64,000 nucleotides of DNA from a virus: the IMG/VR virus record IMGVR_UViG_3300045988_167643; one strand, written 5' to 3'. A model generated the notes under the pieces. The model searched no databases and was not told the DNA's origin. It worked only from the letters and a program-made list of their open reading frames with translations. Within the stretch, counting starts at the first letter, position 1, and the number at the start of each line of letters is the position of its first letter. A program made the translations under genes and the position numbers. Shown in pieces: positions 18,429 to 26,845 of this stretch.

Positions 18429-18502
18429 TTGCAGGAGACAGATTTGAACTGCCGATCTTCAGAGCATGAATCTGACGAGATACCAAACTTCTCTATCCTG
18501 CG
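18429..18502 (-). tRNA. tRNA-Met/Ile2-type (anticodon CAU) with a C1xA72 mismatch
   Basis: Acceptor CGCAGGA/TCCTGCA (C1 opposite A72), D stem GAGA/TCTC, anticodon arm TCAGA-TTCATGC-TCTGA, T arm GGCAG-TTCAAAT-CTGTC. Confidence 0.8.
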
Positions 18503-18774
18503 ACATTCATATTGCAAAGGGACCGAATATATATCCAATCCCTCTACAATATATGAATCAGAAATTTCTGGCCGTATACATACGTGTCTCGGCTCTTGGA
18601 CACGGGAGCTTAATTTCGGAACTCTCCAATTTCATCTAAAAACTGTTTCCACTTTAAACAGTACGAATGGTTGTGGATGCCATTCATCTCTCTCCATATA
18701 TGGGAAGATATTCGACATTAAAAAAAACCATATAAATAAAGGGGAAAACGAACATTATTGCAAAAGTTCTTGTT

Positions 18775-21561
18775 TCATTTGCAAATAACAAAGTTGCTTA
18801 AAAATTTTTCATGATTATATTGATATACTGTGTTTAAGATTTTTCTAGCATATTTTTGTGGATTTTTTAATTTAAAATCTCTTCCAGCATATTTTTTCCC
18901 AATTCCAAGTGCAATCTCTATCAAACGATTAATTGTTTTTTTATTTCCGATTTTCATATGTGATATTTGATCCAATGTATTCTTAGCAATTTCTGCTAAT
19001 GAATCAACATATTCATCACGCTCAACTGATAGGCTGTTTAATGCTTTTATAGCGTTATCATACTCGTTTATAATTTTCATTATTTTTGTTACTTGTGCAC
19101 TTGATGCTGTACCATCCATTTTAATGAAAAAATTTTCTGTTGGAATAGTAGTAGTTTTGCTTGCCCCCTGTATTTTATCTAACCACTCTTGTAACCAATT
19201 CATTGGACAAATTAAATCATTATTAATACGACCTTTTAATTTATTCCTTGATTCATCAATGTCTTCAAATGGAAGTTCCTTGCCATCTTTTGTTGTTTTT
19301 ATTTCTCTTGTATACTGCATAAATTGTGGAAAGTCACATTTTACTGTTTTTACATTCCCATTTTTATCAATTACTTCTTTTTTCATTGACATACATGGAA
19401 GTTTACTAATCCTATCAATCTCTTTAACACCATCAATTTCATAAAGCCTCTTGCAGCTATCGATTATTACTTGAGCAAGAACGCTTAGAATTACGAAATT
19501 ATCTGACAGTTCATCAAGTCTTTTTGGATCTGGATTATCACTCTGTAACTCACTCCAGTAATAAGTCATGGCAAGCTGTGCCAAATTACTGGAATATCCA
19601 ATTCCGATTCTTGATTTAGAAAATGTATTGTCCATACGTGCATATTCTGATTTGTTATTTTTATAAACGACACCACTTTCTTTTAAGTCATTGACAATAG
19701 TAGGGTAGTGTTTATAGCAATAAGCTGCACACTTAACCATTGTCGGCTGATTTGTGGCTAGAACGAAATCCGAATCATGATCGCTTCCGTTACTTCTTGC
19801 TTGAAAGTCAGTCTCAATATTATTTACAGCAATAATATTTTTTGAAAATTCAAAGTATTTTTCCATCTCGTTACTATATACATTATGAAAATAACAAATA
19901 TTATTTGGGGAATTGTGAGGATTACGAAATGCACATAGATGTTCGTCATGTTGAAATCTTGTAGTGTAACACTGAATTACACTATTCTCACTTTTTAGAG
20001 TAGGATCTTTTGTAAAATCCTCACCAACAGAATAGAGTAGAAGAGCATAAGGGTTTCCACATGTTGTTAAATTGTCACCATTTACAACAATCTTGCCTTT
20101 TCTAAGCTTGTGTACATATGCAGAAATAATTTTTGACTTCTCATGTCTGAAAAATGTACTATTGCCAAATTCATGGTTGTGATCATATAAATCAGCCATC
20201 ATCTCATAGTGGTTTACCTCATTAGCATTTTTTCTTAAGAATTTCTCAAACTCATTATTATCCTGCTTCAGTAACTCCACATATTCAATACTGGTGCTTG
20301 CAATATCCCTTACATCATCTTTGGTACATGGGAGAGTATTAACCATCTGATAACTGAGCTGTTGATATTCACCAAGTTTACTAGGATGATCGGTTTTTAC
20401 AATACCGAACACGCTGCCATCTTCATTTACCTTATTGCACCAATACTCATATGCAGATTCTAATGAGCCGCCCATTAAATCCTTAAATTTTTTCCATTTG
20501 ATGGCGTTGTCAGTAGTGATAATCTTAATGTCTTTCAAATAATGCCAATGACCAAACATGTCTTGGACCTGGTAAGTTTCGTAATCATTGCCGGTTTTCT
20601 TACACCAATCCTTAAAGAATAACTGTATATGAGATTTAAAACCACACATCTTAAATAAATGGTGTCTCATCAGAGCCATGCCGTTGATTTTAACAGTCCA
20701 TTCCGGATTATAAGCATTTCTGCAATCTTTAAAATAATCAGCTTCGATCAATCCCATACCATCCCAAAGTGTATTCTTGACTTCAGTAACCTTCTTATCT
20801 ACTACACATTTCTTACCAATTCGACCCTTAGAATCAATGTAATCTTCTGCACGAACAATATTAGCCATCGTCTTAAAAAATGAATCCTGGTCTCGTAGAA
20901 TGAGAATATCCTCTACAGGAATATACTTAGTTCCAACGATGGTAGATGTAGTAAGTGGAGCATAGGCAGACATCTCAACAATTTTTGCATTGTCATCTGT
21001 CATTAGTTTTCCAAGTCCGATAGTTAACCATTCGTAAGCCACTTCATAAAGTTCAGAGTTTATAAAGATAACCTGTCCAAGCTTTGCTTTAGCACTGGTT
21101 CGAAACAACATCTCATAGTGAATTGTTTCTTCACTTTTAATACTTCCATCTTTATTCTTAGTCTTATAAGTAACATCTACACCTTCGTTATAGAATTTAT
21201 CTCTGATCTGCTCACGTTTTTTTTCATCATAGAGATCTTTGTTGTTCTCAACTTTCTCTAATGTGTATTTAAGACGTTCCTTTAATTCGCCATCAGAATT
21301 TTTATATAACTGCTCAATTCGCTTATGTTCATCCTCATAAGATCTGGTTCCAAAGTCAAAGTCTAAGCAAATAATATCTCTAGTAGATTCACCTTTATAT
21401 ACATTAAGACCATTCTTTATAAGAAAAGCAGAGAATAAACTGTTATTAAGCATTGCTTCAATGTAAGAGAAATAATCTCTTGTCCCTAAATTAACATCAT
21501 ATAATGTACCGGCACTGATATTTTTAATTTTAATTCCAAACTCACTAATGATAATCACCAC
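18775..21561 (-). CDS. putative single-subunit two-barrel RNA polymerase (YonO / RdRP-like)
   Basis: 928 aa, no P-loop. The segment CAFRNPHNSPNNICYF...(about 35 aa)...NGSDHDSDFVLATNQ matches the RNPxxxPxxI strand plus the DxDxD metal loop of QDE-1/RDR-type and YonO polymerases. Confidence 0.45.
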   Translation of the reverse strand: MVIIISEFGIKIKNISAGTLYDVNLGTRDYFSYIEAMLNNSLFSAFLIKNGLNVYKGESTRDIICLDFDFGTRSYEDEHKRIEQLYKNSDGELKERLKYTLEKVENNKDLYDEKKREQIRDKFYNEGVDVTYKTKNKDGSIKSEETIHYEMLFRTSAKAKLGQVIFINSELYEVAYEWLTIGLGKLMTDDNAKIVEMSAYAPLTTSTIVGTKYIPVEDILILRDQDSFFKTMANIVRAEDYIDSKGRIGKKCVVDKKVTEVKNTLWDGMGLIEADYFKDCRNAYNPEWTVKINGMALMRHHLFKMCGFKSHIQLFFKDWCKKTGNDYETYQVQDMFGHWHYLKDIKIITTDNAIKWKKFKDLMGGSLESAYEYWCNKVNEDGSVFGIVKTDHPSKLGEYQQLSYQMVNTLPCTKDDVRDIASTSIEYVELLKQDNNEFEKFLRKNANEVNHYEMMADLYDHNHEFGNSTFFRHEKSKIISAYVHKLRKGKIVVNGDNLTTCGNPYALLLYSVGEDFTKDPTLKSENSVIQCYTTRFQHDEHLCAFRNPHNSPNNICYFHNVYSNEMEKYFEFSKNIIAVNNIETDFQARSNGSDHDSDFVLATNQPTMVKCAAYCYKHYPTIVNDLKESGVVYKNNKSEYARMDNTFSKSRIGIGYSSNLAQLAMTYYWSELQSDNPDPKRLDELSDNFVILSVLAQVIIDSCKRLYEIDGVKEIDRISKLPCMSMKKEVIDKNGNVKTVKCDFPQFMQYTREIKTTKDGKELPFEDIDESRNKLKGRINNDLICPMNWLQEWLDKIQGASKTTTIPTENFFIKMDGTASSAQVTKIMKIINEYDNAIKALNSLSVERDEYVDSLAEIAKNTLDQISHMKIGNKKTINRLIEIALGIGKKYAGRDFKLKNPQKYARKILNTVYQYNHEKFLSNFVICK

Positions 21562-21567
21562 CTTACA

Positions 21568-21867
21568 TTATTGATGATCTTTCTTAGTAGAATTTTTAGT
21601 TGATTTAAATTTATATTTATTTCCCTTATTCTTATTATTACTCTTTGTCCATCCAATAGAAGAAGCTGCAGCATTAATATTACAACTAGGAAATGGAGGA
21701 TAATCAGTCTCAAAGGCATATAAATTTAATATATTTGATGCATAGCGATGAAATTCTTCACGAGATGGTATAGCAGGAAATGTACCTCCTGTATAATAAT
21801 TTTTAGTAGTTTTAGATGATAATCTCTGTGTAAGTGCAACGTTGTCTGTGTTTACTTCTGTATTCAT
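21568..21867 (-). CDS. hypothetical protein (99 aa)
   Basis: Co-oriented ORF 6 nt upstream of the RNAP-like gene. Basic C-terminus. Confidence 0.5.
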   Translation of the reverse strand: MNTEVNTDNVALTQRLSSKTTKNYYTGGTFPAIPSREEFHRYASNILNLYAFETDYPPFPSCNINAAASSIGWTKSNNKNKGNKYKFKSTKNSTKKDHQ

Positions 21868-22140
21868 ATTTAGTATGTACTCCTTTTAACATAATTAGTA
21901 TTAATCCTTTCTGTGCGAGGTTGATAAGTTACATAACCTACTAAAAATGTGAAGGGTTGAAGGGTAGTAGGTTATATAAAATTCTTCTTAATAGAAAAAT
22001 TTTTTATTCACAAAAAATGCAAATGTGTTATTTCACATCTGACTATTAATTTCTTCTCTATTTAGTTATAAGTTATATTGGAATTTATTTATCTGAATAG
22101 ATAATGATAATAAATAATGACAATAATAATATAAAATCAA

Positions 22141-22394
22141 TTAGAACGAAGCTAGATGTTGAAGCGTAGCGAAACATATAGCGTAGTGATGACAAATGAA
22201 CGTAGCGTAAGCGAAGTGAGTGCGGCAGCCTCTGGTGGAACACCAGTAAAGTATAATCAAAATTTATAATAAATATTTCAAACTAACTATCCTGTCGTTC
22301 CGACAGTGCTTCACCGCATTCACTACGCTTACGCTACGTTCATTTGGAGTCACTTCACAATTTTTCGCTAACGCTTCAAAATTGTTCGTTCTAA
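22141..22394. repeat. 254-bp imperfect palindrome (arms about 85 bp, 88-bp centre with two mini-hairpins)
   Basis: Left arm 22141-22225 and right arm 22314-22394. The inner 33 bp pair with 2 mismatches. The centre holds ctggtg-gaa-caccag (22232-22246) and ctgtcg-ttc-cgacag (22292-22306). Confidence 0.85.
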
Positions 22395-22459
22395 ATTGGT
22401 TTGATTGTATATTTTTATTGGGATTTTTCCGTTTATAATTGGAATATCACGAGAGATCC

Positions 22460-22705
22460 TATATAAAATAAGGCTTAAATGTAATTATTACAAAAGTGTT
22501 AAGATTGTTTTCGCCTTATTTTATATAGCGAAAAAGCGTGTTAAAAAATCGTCCATTTAAACTTCCCTATATAAGAGAATATATATAATAATATATATTG
22601 GAATTATAAATGGACGATTTTTGATTTTGCCCTTATTTTATATGGCGAAAATGCCTTATTCCTAGTAATTTGGTAGACATTTGGTTTTACTATATAAAAT
22701 ATGGC
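22460..22705. promoter_or_regulatory. cluster of TATATAAAATAAGGC-type sites plus a 15-bp inverted repeat around an alternating-AT core
   Basis: Motif at 22460-22474 (+), 22513-22527 (-), 22629-22645 (-, variant) and 22691-22705 (+, variant). Perfect IR AAAATCGTCCATTTA (22545-22559) / TAAATGGACGATTTT (22607-22621). Confidence 0.7.
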
Positions 22706-22738
22706 TAAAATTAAATTTTCAACTTTTCTAAATTTGTA

Positions 22739-23932
22739 TTAAAATGAAAATTCAGGATCATCTTCATTACTTTTAATAAAATCTTCTGCTGAAAACTCTA
22801 AATCTTTGTGTCCGATTTTTATCAATTCATTTGTTAGAATAGATTGTGCTGTTAGATATGTGTCAGGGATTTTCCATACATTTTTATCATTCTCCATTGA
22901 GAACGCAGGTAACTCACCCCAATAATCTTCTTCATTTCCAAACACTTCTTTATTGTATTTTTCAATACATTTATCATAGTAAGACTGTGCATTTTCATTT
23001 ATACAAGTTACTACGTTTTCATTTAATAACTGTTTTTGTAAATAAATTTCTGTTTCTGGAAGTGCTTCTTTAATATCTTCTGGTGTATAAATAATTTTTA
23101 ATTGCTTGTAACAATGATCCCATCCAAATTGATCTAATAGAAGTTCATTAACTTTTTCATAATATTCTTTTTGTCTGCCAGATACAAAAACTTGAAACAT
23201 TTTTTCGTATCCCATTTCAGTATGTAATACATAACGTTCTGTTTGAAGAATAAGTTTCTTTTCATCATCAGTAGCAATAGAACTTATCTCATTTCCATGG
23301 TTATCATATTCTACAATTACAGTTTCAGGTTCATAAATAATAAGTTTTCTACTTTTTAGATTATTTAATGCAGAAAATAAAATTTGTTCAAGTCTTTTGT
23401 TACAGCGTTGATAAAAATTTCTTACTTCAAACGATGTTACTGTTTGATCTAATTTTATAAGATCTTTTTCACTTGTTTTTCCATAATTATGATTTGTAAT
23501 ACCTAAAAGTTCCCACCAGTTTTTCTTTGTTAATGTACTTGTAAATCCATCTTGTTTTGATAAATACTGTAATAAAATAACTTCAATGCAATGTGCATAT
23601 ATAGAATTATTCCCAAATTTTCTTTTATCATCTTTTTCAAGCGGAGTATCATAAATGTCTGTTATAATAAATTTCTGTCCAGATTTCTCCCAATCAAAGT
23701 AACATTCAAATTCTTTTAGTTGTGCTTTTCTTGCATTACCACCTTGAATAAAGTCTTGTTTTAATAACTCACAAAGTTCTTTATAATTTTTTACAGTCAT
23801 CCCAATTTTTAACTTTGATGTATTGATTTTTAATGGTACTTTTGGTTTTGTTGCTTTAGTAGTTGACGATTTTGTTGTTTTCTTTTTAGTTGTACCTGAT
23901 GATTTAGTTTGTTTATTAGTTTCTTTTGGCAT
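22739..23932 (-). CDS. hypothetical protein (397 aa) with a K/T/S-rich N-terminal tail
   Basis: Long co-oriented ORF. No domain recognised. Confidence 0.65.
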   Translation of the reverse strand: MPKETNKQTKSSGTTKKKTTKSSTTKATKPKVPLKINTSKLKIGMTVKNYKELCELLKQDFIQGGNARKAQLKEFECYFDWEKSGQKFIITDIYDTPLEKDDKRKFGNNSIYAHCIEVILLQYLSKQDGFTSTLTKKNWWELLGITNHNYGKTSEKDLIKLDQTVTSFEVRNFYQRCNKRLEQILFSALNNLKSRKLIIYEPETVIVEYDNHGNEISSIATDDEKKLILQTERYVLHTEMGYEKMFQVFVSGRQKEYYEKVNELLLDQFGWDHCYKQLKIIYTPEDIKEALPETEIYLQKQLLNENVVTCINENAQSYYDKCIEKYNKEVFGNEEDYWGELPAFSMENDKNVWKIPDTYLTAQSILTNELIKIGHKDLEFSAEDFIKSNEDDPEFSF

Positions 23933-24009
23933 TATATTTTTTTCTCCTTAAAAATTTTATTGATTATTTTCAGTTGTATATTTATTTGGTTTCAAATATT
24001 TCTTCTAAA

Positions 24010-24306
24010 TTATTTTTTCTCTATATTCTGAAAAACGTTATTGTATTCTTCTTCAGTTAGTGGTCTTTCTAAATCATATTCGTATTTAGGTTCAGATGGT
24101 TTTTGTGGTCCATTTGGATTATCTGGATCAACTGGTTCACAATAGAAATATTCTTCCTTACGTTTATATGCCTGTTCTGCTAACTCTGTCATATTAGGTT
24201 TTAAGTAAGGTTGTGGTCCACCGTAAGGACATGTTGAGATGTGCTTATTAGAAACCTGTTTCTTAAATAGTGATTGTAAATCTGATAAAGACTTTATTTG
24301 TTCCAT
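24010..24306 (-). CDS. hypothetical protein (98 aa)
   Basis: Co-oriented ORF overlapping the upstream gene by 13 nt. Confidence 0.55.
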   Translation of the reverse strand: MEQIKSLSDLQSLFKKQVSNKHISTCPYGGPQPYLKPNMTELAEQAYKRKEEYFYCEPVDPDNPNGPQKPSEPKYEYDLERPLTEEEYNNVFQNIEKK

Positions 24307-24641
24307 AATCCTGTTAACCTCATAATATATTCTTTGTATAATGTTGGCGATGCTTCCTTTAGTAATTCTTCTAATTCTTTAATAGGTTTGTTCCAAATAC
24401 ATACGGTGAATGGTGCTTGACAACCATCGTAGTATTCTGCATAAAATTTTACTTTTGAATCTGGGATTACTTCGATTCTATCATAGTTTGCCCTTGCTAC
24501 TCCAAATGCTGATTCACCATAACCAGATTTTGAAATTGCCTCTTCAAATTTATCAAGTTCATCATCTAATGATGAATCCCCTTTGTACCAAAACTCGGAT
24601 AATAGTTTAACTAAAACTTCAAAATTATATTTTTCATTCAT
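24294..24641 (-). CDS. hypothetical protein (115 aa)
   Basis: First ORF of the leftward block below the 24.6-26.3 kb non-coding tract. Confidence 0.55.
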   Translation of the reverse strand: MNEKYNFEVLVKLLSEFWYKGDSSLDDELDKFEEAISKSGYGESAFGVARANYDRIEVIPDSKVKFYAEYYDGCQAPFTVCIWNKPIKELEELLKEASPTLYKEYIMRLTGLWNK

Positions 24642-24764
24642 TTTTTACATTCCTTTCTTGAGATGTGATTAGTGGATTCAATATAGACTTCTAAATGGAA
24701 TTTTATTTTATTCTTATTAATTAAATTCGATGCAAAATGAGAAGTATATTAGTTTAATGTAATT

Positions 24765-24833
24765 TTGAGTTAGATTCGAGTTAGATTTGAGTTAGATTTG
24801 AGTTAGACTTGAGTTAGACTTGAGTTAGACTTG
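24765..24833. repeat. six tandem 11-bp repeats T(T/C)GAGTTAGA(T/C)
   Basis: Units start at 24765, 24776, 24787, 24798, 24809 and 24820, head to tail with no spacers. Confidence 0.9.
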
Positions 24834-25090
24834 AAAAAAATATAGCTATATATTAGACCTGGATGGTGATCTGGGTAGTGAGTGTAGCTGAGATTAAAAT
24901 ATACCCCCATTACGGTACTTTAGATGAGTTTTTGATGGTAAATTTTGACGAAATAGTGGTTAGTGGTAAATTGGTAGGGTAGAGGTGTTTGGACGATTTT
25001 TTGGGTGGAATTTTGATATAAAGTAGGTGTAGATTATAGATGCGTTTGAAATACTTGGATCAGAGCGAGTGTAATAGATGAGATAAAAAT

Positions 25091-25135
25091 AAAGCAGCAC
25101 GTCCGGATTGGATGGCTGCTTTTAAATTTTTTTAG
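25091..25135. terminator. hairpin AAAGCAGC...GCTGCTTT flanked by A-runs and T-runs (possibly bidirectional)
   Basis: 8-bp stem (25091-25098 / 25115-25122). TTTAAATTTTTTT follows on the plus strand and a T-rich stretch follows on the minus strand. Confidence 0.5.
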
Positions 25136-25235
25136 TTAAATTATGTGAATTAAGTTGTGTTTTTTTGATACCGAGAAATAACAGTATTTATATAGGAAAG
25201 AATATGATTGGTGTGATGAGTAAAATGGGTTTTGA

Positions 25236-25558
25236 GTAGGGATTTATTGGGATTTTATCGAATGAGTGTTTTGGTAATAGTGAAAAATTGCTAGTTATGC
25301 CAGGAAAACATTGAGATTTTGGTGTGGTGAGTGATGTATTGGGTATTGTGGGAAATTTGTGTAGCTGAACGGTATCGATTGATTGGGCGAATTTATTTGA
25401 GTTGGGATAGATGGGTGCGTGATTTTGGGGTAATTTTTGATGCTATTTTTGTGGAGTGGGAGTGATGAGTGGTAGGGATTTATTGGGATTTTACGATACG
25501 GTGGTCGATACGATGGGAGAGTGATGGAGAGTGTGAGTTGGTAGGGATTTATTGGGAT
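25236..25558. repeat. three dispersed direct copies of GTAGGGATTTATTGGGAT(T) in a C-poor, G/T-rich tract
   Basis: Copies at 25236-25254, 25472-25490 and 25541-25558. Degenerate (a)gtgatgag(t) and ttgggatagatg motifs surround them. Confidence 0.8.
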
Positions 25559-26274
25559 AGATGCATTTTCCAGTCAGTGTAGAGATTGACCTGCTTATGC
25601 TGCTGAGCCGATCCTGGATCTGCTCCAGGATGGAAAGTACCCCCATCCCTTATTTTCCATGACTTCTAATAGATATTAGTGGACATGCTTTTATACTTTT
25701 ATGATAGGAAATATGCTAAATACTATACAAGACATTCTGGCGTTGTCTGGCAAGTGCTTTAAACTGGTATATAGTAGGAATTTTTCAAAAAAATAGGGTA
25801 AAAAGTCGTAGAAATCCAGTATTTACAAGGGTTTAAAAGCTATAGATAAAATGAATTTTTTCACCAGACAGTGCAGTAATACCATATAATACAGTATCGA
25901 AAACTATGTTATATCATTTTCAAAACAATTTAACTAGTACACTATAGTACATCATGTATACTATAAACTATCACATATGGAATACTAAACTACTTCATAT
26001 AGTTTTCGAAACTACATGACATAGTATTCCTATATTCAATTATGCACTTTGCACAACGACTTTTCCGATTCCCTAGTTTTCACCCTCAAAAAGACATTTT
26101 TACCATGCAATTCACACCCACATAACACCACACAATCCCACTAAAATCAACCATTTTGTGCAATATGCCTATACCGCAGTTCAACTCACTGCTTACAAAA
26201 TGTATTTCCTACACGGACGTTTTAAAACAATTGTACAATTACATACGCAATAACCGCAATACATTAAATTGTAT

Positions 26275-26484
26275 TTACATTTCTCCTAAATCCCTAGCTA
26301 TTTTCTCGTTTATAGCTTGATTTATAAAATCATTCATACTTTTATAACCATACTTGCTACAATGTATTTTTAATTCTTCTTTTTTACCCTTTTTAACTAA
26401 TAAATTAATTCTATCATAGTTATTTTTCTGAAAGTCATTATCATACTTTACTTTATTGAATTTATTTTCTTTATTTTCTGACAT
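26275..26484 (-). CDS. ribbon-helix-helix (CopG/Arc-like) DNA-binding protein
   Basis: 69 aa. RINLLVKKGKKEELKIHCSKYGYKSMNDFINQAINEKI fits a beta-strand/helix/helix RHH layout. Confidence 0.55.
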   Translation of the reverse strand: MSENKENKFNKVKYDNDFQKNNYDRINLLVKKGKKEELKIHCSKYGYKSMNDFINQAINEKIARDLGEM

Positions 26485-26511
26485 ATCTATATTAACCTAC
26501 TTTCATTTTTT

Positions 26512-26532
26512 GCCTTATTTTGCCTTATATAG
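26512..26532. promoter_or_regulatory. tandem GCCTTATTTT / GCCTTATATA sites upstream of the RHH gene
   Basis: On the minus strand this reads TATATAAGGCAAAATAAGGC, 27 nt upstream of the RHH start. The core is the same as the sites at 22460-22705. Confidence 0.5.
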
Positions 26533-26658
26533 AAGCTTTTCTACAAAAAATATATCACAAAAACCTTAAAAAGTCCAGTAAATACAAGGGGTTGCGCAAG
26601 TTTTAAAAACGTATTTGGATAAATGATCGAGTTAGTATACTATGTGCAAAGTGTACAA

Positions 26659-26727
26659 AACACTGTACTCATAGTGTATCTACTTTTGTGAAATATTCAG
26701 ACTTGAAAACACTATGAGTACAGTGTT
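26659..26727. promoter_or_regulatory. pair of 19-bp mutually inverted sites AACACTGTACTCATAGTGT / ACACTATGAGTACAGTGTT
   Basis: Perfect 19-bp inverted repeat at 26659-26677 and 26709-26727. Each site has ACACT...AGTGT dyad ends. Confidence 0.7.
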
Positions 26728-26845
26728 ATACTTGCGCTAAGTAATTGAGATACAGCAACAACGACTTCTCAATTGTGGATGTACAAGCATATGTATCTGG
26801 ATAAAACCTACCAGAAAAAAGTTTTAAAAAGTTTTAAAAAAGGTG

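Noticed and set aside
18429-18788. 119-aa plus-strand ORF, and the N-terminal half of the 110-aa minus-strand ORF
   Set aside because: Both overlap a well-folding tRNA(CAU) and a non-coding spacer. The plus-strand ORF is also antisense to the direction of the whole arm.
22141-22394. Retron (msr/msd) or DGR template/variable repeat
   Set aside because: No reverse-transcriptase gene occurs anywhere in the window, and the two arms are inverted rather than direct copies.
24765-24833. CRISPR array?
   Set aside because: The 11-bp units are directly adjacent with no spacers. There are no cas genes and no CRISPR-length (about 30 bp) repeats anywhere in the window.
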